DNA from: a virus
Taxonomy: Duplodnaviria > Caudoviricetes
Reading direction: 5' to 3' (one strand)
Virus record (IMG/VR): IMGVR_UViG_3300021387_000164
Span: 35,056-99,055 of that record
Length of the DNA stretch: 64,000 bases
This document shows positions 23,408-37,100 of this stretch, piece by piece. Position 1 is the first letter of the stretch. Every line of letters begins with the position of its first letter. The notes beneath the pieces were generated by a model, which saw only the letters and a program-made list of their open reading frames with translations, had not been told where the DNA came from and did no database searches. Both the position numbers and the translations under genes were made by a program.

Positions 23408-24026
23408 CCACTGGAAAACAGCCGTAAACGCCATTTGCGTGGCTTCTGTTGCGTTTTTATTTATATTTGGGTGTTCTACCCACAGACAGAATAAAAAGCT
23501 GTCACAGGAGCTAGAAATGGCTCAGAACAACATTGAAGCCTATTAGGGGTTGTTAGACAGCTCCTAGTAGGCTAATAATGTTTTATGGCTGGACATAAAA
23601 GAGCTTAAGTCTCAAAATGATAAAACGTTGCACAAATTGGATAGTGTTCGTAACGAACTTAAAATAAAACCAAAATCTGTCAAAGTAGCTGCAACGCAAA
23701 CATAGACTTTAAACGTTAATGATAGTAAGGGGGTAAGGGGGGATGCAATCTCCGTTAAAGACTCCATATACAAAGATAGTATAAACTTTAATGATTATAC
23801 TAAAGTATATTATACTATTACTTAGGATTCTGTTAATATAGCATTAGATATAAGTAATGAACAATATCTATATGTATACGAAACTAAGGAGTATAAGAAT
23901 AAGAAAAGTTTTATTAAACGACTTTTTACGTTAGACTTTAAGAAAGTAAAGAAAACAAAATACGTTATGCATAATACAAACGATATAATAAAACAGGATG
24001 ACGTAAGAGTTGTAGAATCAAAATAA
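23370..24026 (+). CDS. Putative spanin-like membrane protein, 218 aa (TAG at 23544, 23565, 23568, 23703, 23823)
   Basis: N-terminal TM segment ending FIFGC, then coiled coil; overlaps holin; open only if TAG is sense; TAA 4 nt before next ATG. Confidence 0.7.
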
Positions 24027-24030
24027 TAAC

Positions 24031-24762
24031 ATGAGTAAGACTTCACTAAGAGAGATTATAGATGATATACTTCTCTTGGTAAGAAATAACAATATAAGTG
24101 AAAGTGAAGATCTGTCTAGAGCGTAGATAATCGCGTGGGTTAATCATTACCGCAGAGCTCTTTGGAAGAAACATCTCGACGAGATAAAGGAAAAAGAGAA
24201 GCAAGGATTTGATATTCAAGATCTCATTGATGATGAATTTCTTGTTGTCAAAGAAACAGGCCCACATAAGATAGTACACGTTAAGTCTGGCGATCGTGAA
24301 AGAGACACTTTTACTAGAGTTACTGAAGATACTTTCGAGAACATATACAATAACGACTGGAAGAGTATACTTGCCGTACACGATGAAGATGGTGAAGATA
24401 TTCAGTATATGAACCATATGAGAAGGCATTATCAGTACTTTAGAAAATATACATTTGGAGAGTTGACCTCATATTACAAGGATGACAAGCATATATACGT
24501 ACAAGGATTGCAAGATCAGGATAAACTTAAGTACATATATGTGCTTGCTGTTTATGAAGTACCCGACGATGCAGATGATGCAGAAGCCGGTGATGATCCA
24601 GATGAAGAGGATATTAAAGTCCCAACATGGATGGTCCCAGATATTAAAAAGCTTATATTGACAAACGAACTTGCGTTTATGCTTAAGATGCCTAGCGATG
24701 ATGATAACAACGCTACACTCGACGGCATAAAGCCAGACGGACCAAGAGAGGATGAAAAATAA
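24031..24762 (+). CDS. Tail ring protein, 243 aa (TAG at 24124)
   Basis: MSKTSLREIIDDILL...SESEDLSRA*IIAW in frame with track ORF 24409. Confidence 0.7.
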
Positions 24763-25195
24763 AAAATCGTTGACGTTCTTGGATATGTATAAAACGTTGC
24801 CCATAGAGCTTGATTACAGCCTATATAAACGCATATTAAGCGCCATGTGCACAATTATCCTAGAACACGTATTAGAAGGCTCAGAAGGCTTTAAAATGCC
24901 TTATGGACTAGGGTTTATACAGATAGGTAAATATCAACCTAAGACGCTTACTCCAGATTCGTTATCTGTGGATTATAAAGCAAGTAAAGAATACAATAAA
25001 CGAATATATCACTTGAATGAACATTCAGATGGTTATAAATATAGACTATATTGGTCTAAAATACCTCGCACATTCCCAGACAGATACAAGTATTCGTTAA
25101 ACCTAGTACGTAAAAACAAACGTAAATTAGCTCAACTAATATTCAATAAACACGATTATATAAATATAAATGATATACAATTATACAAAGTGTGA
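24752..25195 (+). CDS. IHF/HU-like DNA-binding protein of crAss tail module
   Basis: FKMPYGLGFIQI HU-like strand, basic; synteny. Confidence 0.7.
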   Translation: MKNKKSLTFLDMYKTLPIELDYSLYKRILSAMCTIILEHVLEGSEGFKMPYGLGFIQIGKYQPKTLTPDSLSVDYKASKEYNKRIYHLNEHSDGYKYRLYWSKIPRTFPDRYKYSLNLVRKNKRKLAQLIFNKHDYININDIQLYKV

Positions 25196-26114
25196 ATCAG
25201 TCATAGCTAAAATAATGGCTGATTTAGATTCCACTGAAGTAAAGCAACGTATTACAGATATACGAGAGTGGATTTTTGAAGCCATAGAAAAGATTGGTGC
25301 TCCTATGTAGTATATCACAAAAGAATCTGGTGTGGACGGCGAGCCTATTTTGAAAATAGAAGACAGACAAGTTCCGCTACCACACGATTTGCAACATTTA
25401 GATGCTGTAGCGTACAGTGAAACAATAAATGGACCGTGGATTCCAATGAGCACGATGACGGGTGCTTTCAAAATGAAGCAGAGCAAACCTAAGTTACCGG
25501 CTTATACTATAAATCACGATCCTGCGAACATGGCTATCGAGGAGCCGGCTATTGTTAAAAATCCTGGGTTTGAAGACCATCAACCTGAAATGTACAAGCT
25601 TCCGACATCACAACACCAATTATACACAAATAACCTAAGTAAATATACGAATCGGTTATTGCGTGATGCTGCAAACAAGCCTGAATACTTTATAAAGCCA
25701 GGTTGGATTGTTACAAACAAAGATAAAGGTTTTATAAAACTGGCATATAAATCAATTCCTGTTGATGAAAGAGGCTATCCACTTATACCGGATTTGGCTT
25801 CATATCAAGAAGCTGTATATTGGTACGTTGTAATGAAACTTAGTTTCCCTAAGTTTATGAGTGGTAAGCTAGGTGGCAGCACTTCTAAATATGCTTCTAA
25901 ATACGCGTTTCAGTCATATTCTGAAGTAAAACAACAGTGGTATTTTTATAGAAATCAGGCATACGCAGAAGCAATGATGCCAACTGCTGATGATATGCAG
26001 AATATAAAGAATGATTGGAATAAACTAATTCCAGATTGGGATGGTGATGACACATTCTTTAAACACATAAATAAAGAACAAATAACATATAACGACTACT
26101 ACTATGGTTATTAA
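25170..26114 (+). CDS. Tail tubular protein, 314 aa (TAG at 25308)
   Basis: EWIFEAIEKIG..., IPVDERGYPLIPD motif; between IHF-like and stabilization genes. Confidence 0.72.
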
Positions 26115-29100
26115 TAACAATAATTCGCAAATAAATTCCTTTGTTAAGGGAATGAATTCTGACGCTGCGTACGATCAGATAGAGAATACATAGTACGTAT
26201 TCGGGCAGAATGTCAGAATAACTAAAAATCAGTCTTTGGGTGGTTTTGCGGATTATTCGTCAGTGCATGAAGGAATAGTTGGTCCTGTGTTATCTGGAAC
26301 ATTGGTTGATACTGTTGATTTAAACGCTAATTATAATATACTGTCTATAAAAACAGTAGACAACTTAGGTGTTATTGTACTGAATCAGAAGAATACTAAG
26401 AATATTAAGGTTTATAGATTTGAGGTTAACATTGATGATGACAGCCACATTTCAAAACCATTTGAATTAGTATGGACATATGATAATCTTTGGTCTGGCG
26501 ATGTGCCAGAAAAGATATCGACTGTTTTATACAAAGAGTTGGATAATGTAATAAAGTTTTATATTGCTACTGGAGAGCATCCAATATTAACTCTTAGGGT
26601 CGATGATGATGGTGTAAGCAGATACCCATCAAACAAAAACATGAACCCAGATGACCTTATAAACAATAGAATTGTTCCTAATGAACGTATATACATTAAA
26701 CAGGTTATCACAGGTCGTTTACTTTCATCACAAGTACAATACACATATCGATATTATAACAAATACGGCAATTCAACGCAATTAGCTCCGTTAACAAATA
26801 AGATACAAGTAATCGACCCCTCTAGATCAAAAGAAACAGGTAACGCCGAAAATACTGAAACGTCTATTGGTTTTATGTTGGCAATCAATACCGACGAATA
26901 TAAGGACAAGTTCAATAGAATTCAGATATTTAGATTGCAGTATATTAAGCCAGGTGAGGATGCTGAAGTGTCGTTGATATATGACGATAAATTTTCCAAT
27001 ACAACAGAGTTTGTTCTCAATGATGTTGGAATAGAACCTTTGCAAAAGTATACGATGGAAGAGTTTTCTTCTATGCAAGGTATTATTCTTATTCCTCAGG
27101 TAATCGAGCAAAACCAAGAATACATGTTCTGCGCAAACGTAAAGGATGATACAATCATACAAGACTTTACGGTGGAGCAGAATGATAACAATGTTGCCTT
27201 GGTTAGTACGGATGTAATGTTGGATACGTTTAATTACGATTACGGACATATTCCAGCTGAGACTACACAAAAATATCTCGGTTCGAATATTAACATTAAA
27301 GATTATAAAACCGGTAACGATATTATGCCGGTAAGTGAATATATTGACCGTCGTGGAATAAATCCAAGCAACGTTACTGCATCGTACAACGATATGTTTA
27401 CTTCTAGTTTGTTAAGGTCGTTGAGACGCGGCGAGGACTATAAATACGCAATTATATTCTACGATAAATACGGAAGACGTTCAGACGTACAACCAATAAA
27501 TGATTTTGTACATGTTCCGCGTATTGACGAACAAGATGGTACACCACATTTCATTCAAAACTAGGACTTTAGCGTTAATGCAAACCCAATTGGTGTACAA
27601 ATTACATTACCAAATATAAGTGGTAAATATGTCGATGATGGCAACTTAAAAAATATAGTAGGTTGCTAGATTGTCAGAAGAAGTTCGTCTGAGATATATC
27701 AGAATACACTTCTGCAAGTTGTATTATCTAGACCAGTACAGCAACCGTTACTTGAAACATCGGTAATTGATCCATCCACCATTACAGAGGATTCTACTAA
27801 AAAGTCGCCGTTCTATCCAACGGGGTTGTTAAATACTAAAGACATGTATATAACCCCACACTACTATAATCCAGACATTGCTTATTATGACGTGTTAAAA
27901 ACGCGAACGATGAATAAGCGTCTTTACCAAATATTTTCATCTGAAATAGACTTTAGACGTGACGACGTTCTGTCTAAGTTAGGTCTTTCTGATTTAAAGA
28001 TTACGCCGTTAATATATATAGATGGTGTATATGGTAAATACAAAAATGCAACGTATAGTTTTGATGGTTTGTACGGAGGAGGTTTTAACATATTCACTGA
28101 TGGTATTGGGTTAGGAAGAGATGTTGTGAAAAAGTTAACAACAGATGAAAAGCAATCTACACACTGGGTATTCAACTTTTATAAACAGCTGTACGAACCA
28201 CAACGCGTAGAACATCCCATCAAGCAAGTAAAAGATGTTAAGATGGCAAGCTGGGACTCTGGTTTTTCAGATGTAACTTATCAGGACTTAGATATATACA
28301 CCGCCATTAAAAAGTATAGAAGTCATACTACAAATATTGATTCTTACTTATATAACAACTGGGTATCATTTGGTAAGTATGACCTTAGAGCTGGTTTGGA
28401 GGGGCAACCCAATATGGAAGATTATCCTGGAGAAGAGGCTCAGGAATATCTTGCTGAACAAGCAGACTACTTACAATGGTTGTATAGGGATGGGTCTTAG
28501 AATAATGTTAGACGTGGATATATTGGCCCTGGACCATCTTGCTTCTTAATTGCTACTGATTCAGATGTTACTGACACGATGCAATCTCCGTACGTACAGA
28601 CAGTGTTGTGTAATATAACACATACTCCGAAAATAACAAACGTACAATCGGCACAGACAGAATAGTACTACGGTTTTGGTAATTATTTCCGTCTTGGTTA
28701 TGACGATGATACACAATCTTTATATGTAGTAAACCCAGACAATAGTTCGGATAAAAGTGGTAAAACAATGATTGTGTTTGATGGAGATATTTATATAACT
28801 CCGCACGAAATAACAACACAATTTAAAACATACGACTTCCAGTCTATTGATACATTGCAAAGTACGCAGATTACAAATTATGTTCCATTAGAGTCTAAGG
28901 TAAATACTTACCTTGATTATGGAATGAACTTGCGTAATACAAACAGTGAGAACCTTTTGTATGAACCTGGATCTATTGACGGTGTAACAACGCAGGAAAG
29001 ACCACTTCATCAATACAACATGGTTTATTCTGATAACGATGCATCTAATGATGTATTCACACTTATCAGTACAGATAAAGATGAGACAAACAATTTTAAA

Positions 29101-30123
29101 CAGCGTGCTTATTATTCTGAATTAAAAAGCAACGGAGAGTTCATAGATAACTTCTTGATATTTAAAGCTGCGCAGTTTATTGATGTGGATAGTAGATATG
29201 GTCAGATAACGCAAATATTAACAGACAAAAACACGCTGTATTATTGGCAAGATCAAGCATTCGGTAAGTTTAGTGTGAACGAGCGTTCTCTTATAAACGA
29301 CCAGAATAATAATACTATTATGCTTGGTCAGGCAGGTATCCTTTCGAGATACGATTACATGTCTACTAAATATGGTATGCGTTTACACGACCTATGCGGA
29401 ATGGTTACAAGTAACGGGTTGTTCTGGGTTGATATAAATAATAAAGCGGTTGTTGGTATATATGACGGGCAAGTAGTCAATTATGGCGAACGTATTGGTG
29501 TGCAAAACATAATTAATAACAAGATAACGATAGATGTCCCATATGTTGATTATGATTTACAAAATGACGAATTGTTGTGTAAATGTTTAAGAGACGGAGA
29601 GCAAATCGTATTCAATTTAAAATATAACATTGCTACTTCTATATATACTAGAATATATGATGCTACGTTCTATATTAAAAACCATTTATATAGCATACAC
29701 AACGTTGACAACAGCACAGAATATCATATACACCGCATAAATTACATCAAGCATTCCAACAATCAAACTTATTTGTCTCCAATTAAACTTGAGTTTGTCG
29801 TCAACCCATCTGCATCTATTACTAAAGTATTTGATTCTCAACAAATTGTTCCTATTAAGATGTCCAGCGAAGGGTCTTCTGAATTTATGAATAACATAAA
29901 CATGCAGTTCCAAACAGACATTTATGATAGAAACTCTTACGACGTTGAAGCATATACTGATAGAGAAGGAAATCTTATCTATAATATACCAAGATACGAC
30001 AATCAATATTACGGATCTAGAATGAGAGGCAAGTGGATGAGAGTGGGTATTACTAAAACGCAACCCAATTATTTGTTTACTATATCTCACATCATAACTA
30101 AATTCAGACAATCCTTTAGTTAA
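26104..30123 (+). CDS. Tail stabilization (muzzle) protein, 1339 aa (TAG at 26191, 27562, 27667, 28498, 28663)
   Basis: NSFVKGMNSD start, SLRRGEDYKYAIIFYD, FDGDIY, SRMRGKW end; three track ORFs joined in one frame. Confidence 0.85.
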
Positions 30124-30125
30124 AT

Positions 30126-32123
30126 ATGAAAAACAATAAAAGAAAGAAGTTACCAAGATATTGGCTTGGTACTAGAAAACCTACATCGTTAGGCTATCAA
30201 CCCAACTATGGGATTGGAAATGCATAGTTTACGAGCGTAGAGGGAGAGGATATAACACCAGAGGTAAAAGCTGCAAAACGTAATATTCTTCCAAATACAT
30301 TAAATAAATTAACACAGTCGCTTACACCGACTGTAAGCATCCTACAGAACGCTGCACCAATTACAAGTGCGATTGGGTCAAATGCAGCAAGAGCTGCATT
30401 AAGGCGTGCCGGACAGTCTGCAGCGCAAATCTTACCAGATGTAGAGGTTGCATCCGCTCCTGGAGCTTTAAAAGCTGCTGAAACAGGTGCCGAAACAGGT
30501 GTAAAGAGTGGTACTAGTGCAGTATTAGGTACAGCCGGAACAGCGTTATCCGCATTAGGTGCTGCTTATGGTACTTACGATATTATCAATCAAATTAGAA
30601 ATGCTGGTGATATTCGTAGCGCAAGAGATATGTTCAATACGCGTTCTACTAATACTTATACAACCGACCAAGGCAATCAATATACAGAGCATAGCGGTTT
30701 AAATGAGAAAAGCGAGATGGCGTATGAGAAAGCTCAGCGTTTGGCAAAGCAGTTGAATTTTGGCGTAAGTACAACCAGTACTGGTGCATCTGTTGGAGCT
30801 CTTATCGGAAGTTTAGTTCCTGGAGTTAATTTACTTGGTGGAACTCTTATTGGAGCAGGATTAGGAGCTGCTATTGGAGGCGTCGCAGACCTATTTGGTT
30901 TTGGAGATAACGAAGAAGAGATCAAGGAACAAATGCGGCGAGTAAATGACATCACCGCTTTGCAAAACAGACAGAGTCGTTCTGCTGCAGAAAACCAAGA
31001 CATTAAGGATCAATTCTATAGTGGGTCATCGTCTGCTGCAAAAGGTAAGCGTCCAGTATAGAGTCCGTTCGGATTAATTGATAAGAAAGCCACAGCAAGA
31101 GTTTCTAATGGTGAAGTGATTGGAAACTTCGAAGACGGCTATGTAAGCAGAGTGCCAGGTAAGAAAAACAATAAGGATACTAAACTTGCAAACCTTAAAA
31201 GCGACGATTTTGTTATCAGTAACAAATATGGTTTATCAGATTATGCCGCTGAAACAGGTGATTATGTTGGAGCATTAAATATGCAAGATATACTTATGAA
31301 CTAGAAAAATAAAAACTATAAATGCGGAAAGATGCCAAAGTATGCTCTCGGTACTTTAGGTGAATACGCTCTTGCTACACTTCCGCATGTAACTTCGTAT
31401 TTCTCTAATCTGGCCCAATATAATAGAGCAAAACACGCTGATACGTATGTTCCACATATGGAAATACAAAATCCACAAACTGCTGCAGCAATTAATCAAG
31501 TGATGTCTGATATGATTGACCCAAGAGAATATCTGAATCAATCTAATAGAAATTACAGACAAGCTGCTTGGAACATACGAAGAAATCCTGGTATTGGTCT
31601 TGGAGGCAGAATGGTTATGCTTGATGCTTTGACTAGAGCTAAGCTTGCACAAGATGCCGAGACCAGAATGAAAATAGATGAAGCTAATCGTGGTCAGCGA
31701 AACATCGGTGCTCAGATGAAAGATGTTGCTGGTAGAGACATTCTCGGTAAGAGATACGACCAGTTCTGGCGTAGACATGCCGCAGCTCAACAAGCAAATG
31801 CAGCCAAAGAAAATTGGCTCGCACAATACGGCAAAAACATGAACGATTCGTTTGGTTCTCTTGGTGCCGATGTACTGCGAATGATACAGTATAATCAAGC
31901 TAAAGATATACAAAACAGAGAGCTTGGTATATGGCAACAGAACGCCGATACAGAAAGAATTAAAGCATTGGGGAATACAGTTATTCCTACTGGTAGTACT
32001 TTAACAGGTGGTCAAAAATATCTCAAACTTACAAATCCATTTGTTGCTACTAGTCTTTATCCACAGTATCAAATGTACAAAGCTCCAATGTTAACACAGC
32101 CTTATATTAAACGTATTGGATAA
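30126..32123 (+). CDS. Virion cargo/ejection protein, 665 aa (TAG at 30225, 31059, 31302)
   Basis: Gly/Ala-rich hydrophobic hairpin, ARVSNGEVI motif; joins three track ORFs. Confidence 0.72.
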
Positions 32124-34114
32124 TGACATTTTTAGGACTTGAAAGACCGGTTGAATATGGAAGACAGTAGATATTCGACCCGAGTACGGCTAATATGGTT
32201 CTAAATGCTCAACAGAGTTATATTAATGCCGCAAGAAACGAATACCTCAGAGGACTGCAAGACTTAAAAGAATTTAATCATGAATATGGTGATTTTGTTA
32301 CACCTATAATGGCTGATCAAGACTGGTACAATGAGAATGTAACAGGTAAGGTTAAAAATTTTATTGATGACGCATACAGTCGCGGAATTGATCTTTTAAG
32401 AAGCCCAGAGGGTAGATTGGCTTTAGCGCGATTACAAAACAGTATAGACATCGGGTCTATTGCAAAGCTTAAAACAAGCGCAAGAAATGCTGAAAAGTTT
32501 TTGGAGTCTCGCCGACAGTTAGAAGCAAACGGTTTATATAATCCGGAACTTGCTAAATATGATGGTCCAGATATGACTACTTACCATACATTGGCACAGG
32601 GCGACCAAGCTGGAATGGGGATATGGGATAAGATGAGCGCTACCCCATACCACAATATGGCGGACTTTAGTAAAGCATTCTTTGATAACATTGCTCCGTT
32701 TGAACGTTCTAGAACAAAAAATGGAGTATCGTATACTATATCGGAAATCAATCCTCAAGATTTGTATAGAATCGCAGAGGCTCATTATAATGACCTTGTA
32801 AATACACCACAAGGACAGTTGATGTATAAAATGTACAGAGACCGACTTGGAAGTGATGCTGCAGCTAAACAAGCATTTAATGACGCAGTTGTAGCAGGTA
32901 ATTTAGACAGATTGAGATATTCTGATAATTATGATGAACGTAGAATTCAGCTTGAAAACCTCAATTTAAAAAGACAGTCTTTAGCTTTACGCAGACAAAT
33001 ACAACGGGCTAGGTAGAGAAACGATAATGGCGGTCCTGGCACGCAATTACAAGGTATTTCGTTGGCTAGAAGCTGGTATGATACAGCAATGGCTAAGGCA
33101 TGGAGCGCCAACGGTATCACCAAAGACTGGTGGAATATGGGAAACCAATATGGACAATTTGGTGATGAGGTGTCTAAAGTGTTTGCAGATTTTGGTAGAA
33201 CCTTCAGAGGCAAAAACGGTGACGAATTACAAAGACTGTTGATTACACCTACTGGAAAGAAGTATGGGGATATGATTAAAAATGCTTATGGAAAGCAAGA
33301 TAAATTAAATGCTGACCAAAAAGCACTTTTAAACAAGGCAAGAAAAGAAGCTGCTAATCTTACTTCTCCACAGGCAGTGAATAACATACAGGAGTCATAC
33401 AGAAGGCAATTCTCTATCGCAATGGATGGGCAGGCAGTTGCTAAGATATTTGGCACACCCATGTCTGATAATAATAGAGTAGCGAGATTAGCACCAGGAA
33501 TGGTTGACAGACTGTATGGTACAGACGATATAATTTCTAACACTGCTGGTTATACTAGAACACATACAAACACTGGTACAAAACAAATAAGAAACGCTAT
33601 TAAGAAGTACGGTATCGATCATACTACAGTTTCTGCTTTAGAGGAGGGATATGGCTCACTTAGAAAAAATAGTGGTAGCTTTGAGGTTATGCCTAGAGTA
33701 CGTATTACATGTACTGATGATGACGGTAATGTAGTATTCCAGAAAGATGCATATGGTGATATAAGCCTTGGTAGTGAAAAGACTAAAGGTGGTGCTTACG
33801 TTGGAAACTATAGAGAGCGTGGCGGTGCTATGGACCTCGGTGGTTATACACGAGCCAGCAATCCTACAATTGGTGTTGGCACATATCAAGGACCTGTACA
33901 AATAGGCGCACAGAGAATACCAGGACTAGTGTATACTCCAAAACAATCTACTAAATCATATAATATGTTCCCAGACTACAACAGATGGACAGGATTTGGT
34001 GTATGGGATACTGATTTAACGTCCGAAAGATTACATGCTGGACAATCCGAAAAACTCGGTACATACGGCGATCCTTGGAACTTTGATGACGGGGATTACT
34101 TATTAGATGAATAA
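32123..34114 (+). CDS. Virion cargo protein, 663 aa (TAG at 32168, 33014)
   Basis: TAATG-coupled start; joins track ORFs 32195 and 33062. Confidence 0.72.
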
Positions 34115-34141
34115 TATACATAACAATTAATATCTTGCAAC

Positions 34142-37100
34142 ATGCCAAGAAATAAACAAAGAGTAAATACTTCTTGGGCTGGCAGATATGCACGGGAAGC
34201 TTCAAATCGAAGATTTCTTGATGAAATTGACTATTACGACCGTGGTCTGCAGAAGGAAATACAAGCCTCTGCAGATCGTACGGCTCGTTTACAGTACGAT
34301 ATTGATGAAATGCGTGCAGATCGAGCATGGCGAGAAGCAGATCCAGAGGGATATTTTTACGAAAAAAGACAACGAGAGTTAGAAAGTAAACCTAAGACAG
34401 TTGGTAATTATCTTAAGAACTGGTGGGACACATTAGGTCGTAAGATGAATGATTTCCAAGCACAGGATTTCCAAGGTTATATGGACCGTTCTGACGAGTG
34501 GGAACGCTTAGCTAACTCTACAAAGCATTATTTTGAGATACAGGACGAAATTGACAACCTAAATTCTCAATTAGCTCAATGGCGACTTAATACACAGAAT
34601 GTCGGTAAAGCGCCAGCTGAAGAAATGCAGAAGGCATATGGAATGATTGATATGCTTGAAACGTAGAAAAACGCCCTACAACAGGAATTAATTAATTTAA
34701 AGCCTGATGTGGAGGCGTTTAAATCGTATATACCCAACTCTCTCAAGGCTGGCTATTATAATATTGTAGCTGGTAATGGCGAGAATAGTCTCTTATCTAA
34801 TAATAAATTGTTCGGTAGAACATCACAGGCTCATGACGAACTTGGGGATATTACTAGATTTACTACTTCGATGTTCTCTTCAAAAAGAACTCGTGCCGAA
34901 CAAAAAGCAATGCTTGATAGAGCACTTGCTGCAAAGCAGGAGAAATATAAAGAATGGCAAAAAGGTCTAGAGTATAACCTCAACGATAAGGAGAGTTATA
35001 ATAAAGTAGACAGATGGTTCCAACAAAGAGCTGACAAGGCCGGTACTGATATATTTGACAAGAACACATGGCTGTACGGGATGCCAGGACTTATTGCTGG
35101 TTCTACTTCTGGCATATCCAAAATACTCCCTGCTGCACTTACTGGTATTGCTACCGGTATAGCAACAGGTGGTGCTGGTAGTGCTGCATGGTTAGCTGGT
35201 GCTATTGGCGGTGGCGCTACATTTGGGTTGAACTACGGTGCTGGTGTTTCTGAAAACAACGCCGAAGTAGCCATGGCTTATAGTGAGCGTATTAAAGACT
35301 ACCTCCAGAGCCAAAAAGGCACGAAGGGATCTTTATATGACGATGTTATTGCAGAAGGTAGAAGAAAGCTTGGTTTAAGTCGTAGTGCAGCAGATGATGA
35401 CCAGATATTTGACCATTTCCGTAAAGGCGATTATACTGTAAATAATACAGCAGCAAACAAAAAGATGAGAGAACTTGCTGTTGGTATTGAAAGTCAATTC
35501 CAAGATGACATGGCTGCTACGACTTGGTCTGCTGGATTAGAAACTGCTCTTCAAATTATCCCATTTGGCGCAGCACTCAAGTTGCCCGGTAGAGCCCTTA
35601 GATATCAGGTACTTAAATCAGCTGCTGGTAGAAAAGCTCTCAGAAATGGTGCAGTTGAAACATTAGCCAAAGGTTACGAAATAGGTGCTGCTGCTAGTCC
35701 TATAGCAGGTATGCTGTATGCTCCCGTGCATTACATGATGACTCCAGCAAGAAATAAGGTAGGAAAGGCTGTAGCAGGTATCTTGGATGATTTCGCCAAG
35801 ACATCACACATGGTCGACCAAGTACCTTCAAAATTGCTTAGAAAACATTTTGCATCTTCTACTAGAAATAAATACTTTAGAGACATTGCTGGACGATGGG
35901 CATTAGCTTCTGCTGCAGAAGGTATTGAGGAAGGTAAACAACATATATCTTCTGAGAGATATAAGAATGGTTACTACACCGACGCTAAGATAAAAAGTAT
36001 TGGCGAGACCATACTTGACGACTTCATTGCTGGTTCTAAGAGTGCAGGCCTCCTGTTGGGTATGCCATTTGAAGGTGTAATGTCTGAGAAAGATAGAGAG
36101 GTATTAAAAGAAATCAAAGGTGGCTTTATTTTAGGTGGTTTACAGACAGCAATCGTAAACACAGCACAATCAATAGCACCATTTGTATCAGAACAAAAAG
36201 CAACGTCTGCTATTGTTAATAATGTGCTCAAAGATAAAGCAGCTAAGGTAGATAGATTAAACAAAGCCAGAATCTACGCAGAAGCAGCTAAGAGTCAATC
36301 TTCTTATCAGAATATTCTTAATGGGTTTGATCGCTTAAGACAAACAAACAAGGACGAGTATGATGCTTCTGGTGAGTACGGTATTGCACCAGAGTTGATA
36401 GACGATGAGGAAAATGCATTTAAGCGCATTGCTCAAATGTCAATCGACCCTTATACTATCAAACAGGCCAAATCTCAGGGCATAAGCACGACTGGTAGAG
36501 ATTATAATAACTTCGTAGCAGCTAAAGTTCTTGTAACAGATGAGTTAAATGAAGCTAGGGAGGTATCCGATTTAGCTAGAAAGAACCTTTCTGAGGCTGT
36601 ACAAAACGCTACTAAGCCGTTCCTTGACAACACCGTTAAGCAAATGGCGGCAGCAATGCCCGGCGCTAAAGAAAGCTCTGATGAAAATATTGTACCAGAA
36701 TTTAGCAATGCTGACAACTTCAATCAGCTTAACAACGTTGCGCAATACGTAGCTCTTCTTAAGATAAAAGACCAGCTTGAACTTGGTATTATAAATGCTC
36801 AGTCTGGTAGTCATAGAAAGACAGAAAGTATTCTCAATAAGCAGCTTACACAGGTAAACGATAGAATAAATAATCTAAAGCCTGTTATCAATAAGTATGC
36901 CAATGAAGATGAAACCGTAGATATCAATAATATTGAAAGCGTTGAGGTAAAGCTTGCTCTCCATAAAGATATGCACGATAACCTTGTCGAGGCATACCGA
37001 CAGTCTTTTATGGCTGACATGGACTTAGACCTTGCTATGCAGAATTACTCTCGCGTTGTTGGTGACGCTTATATTGGGGATAAAAAGATAGCAGATACTG

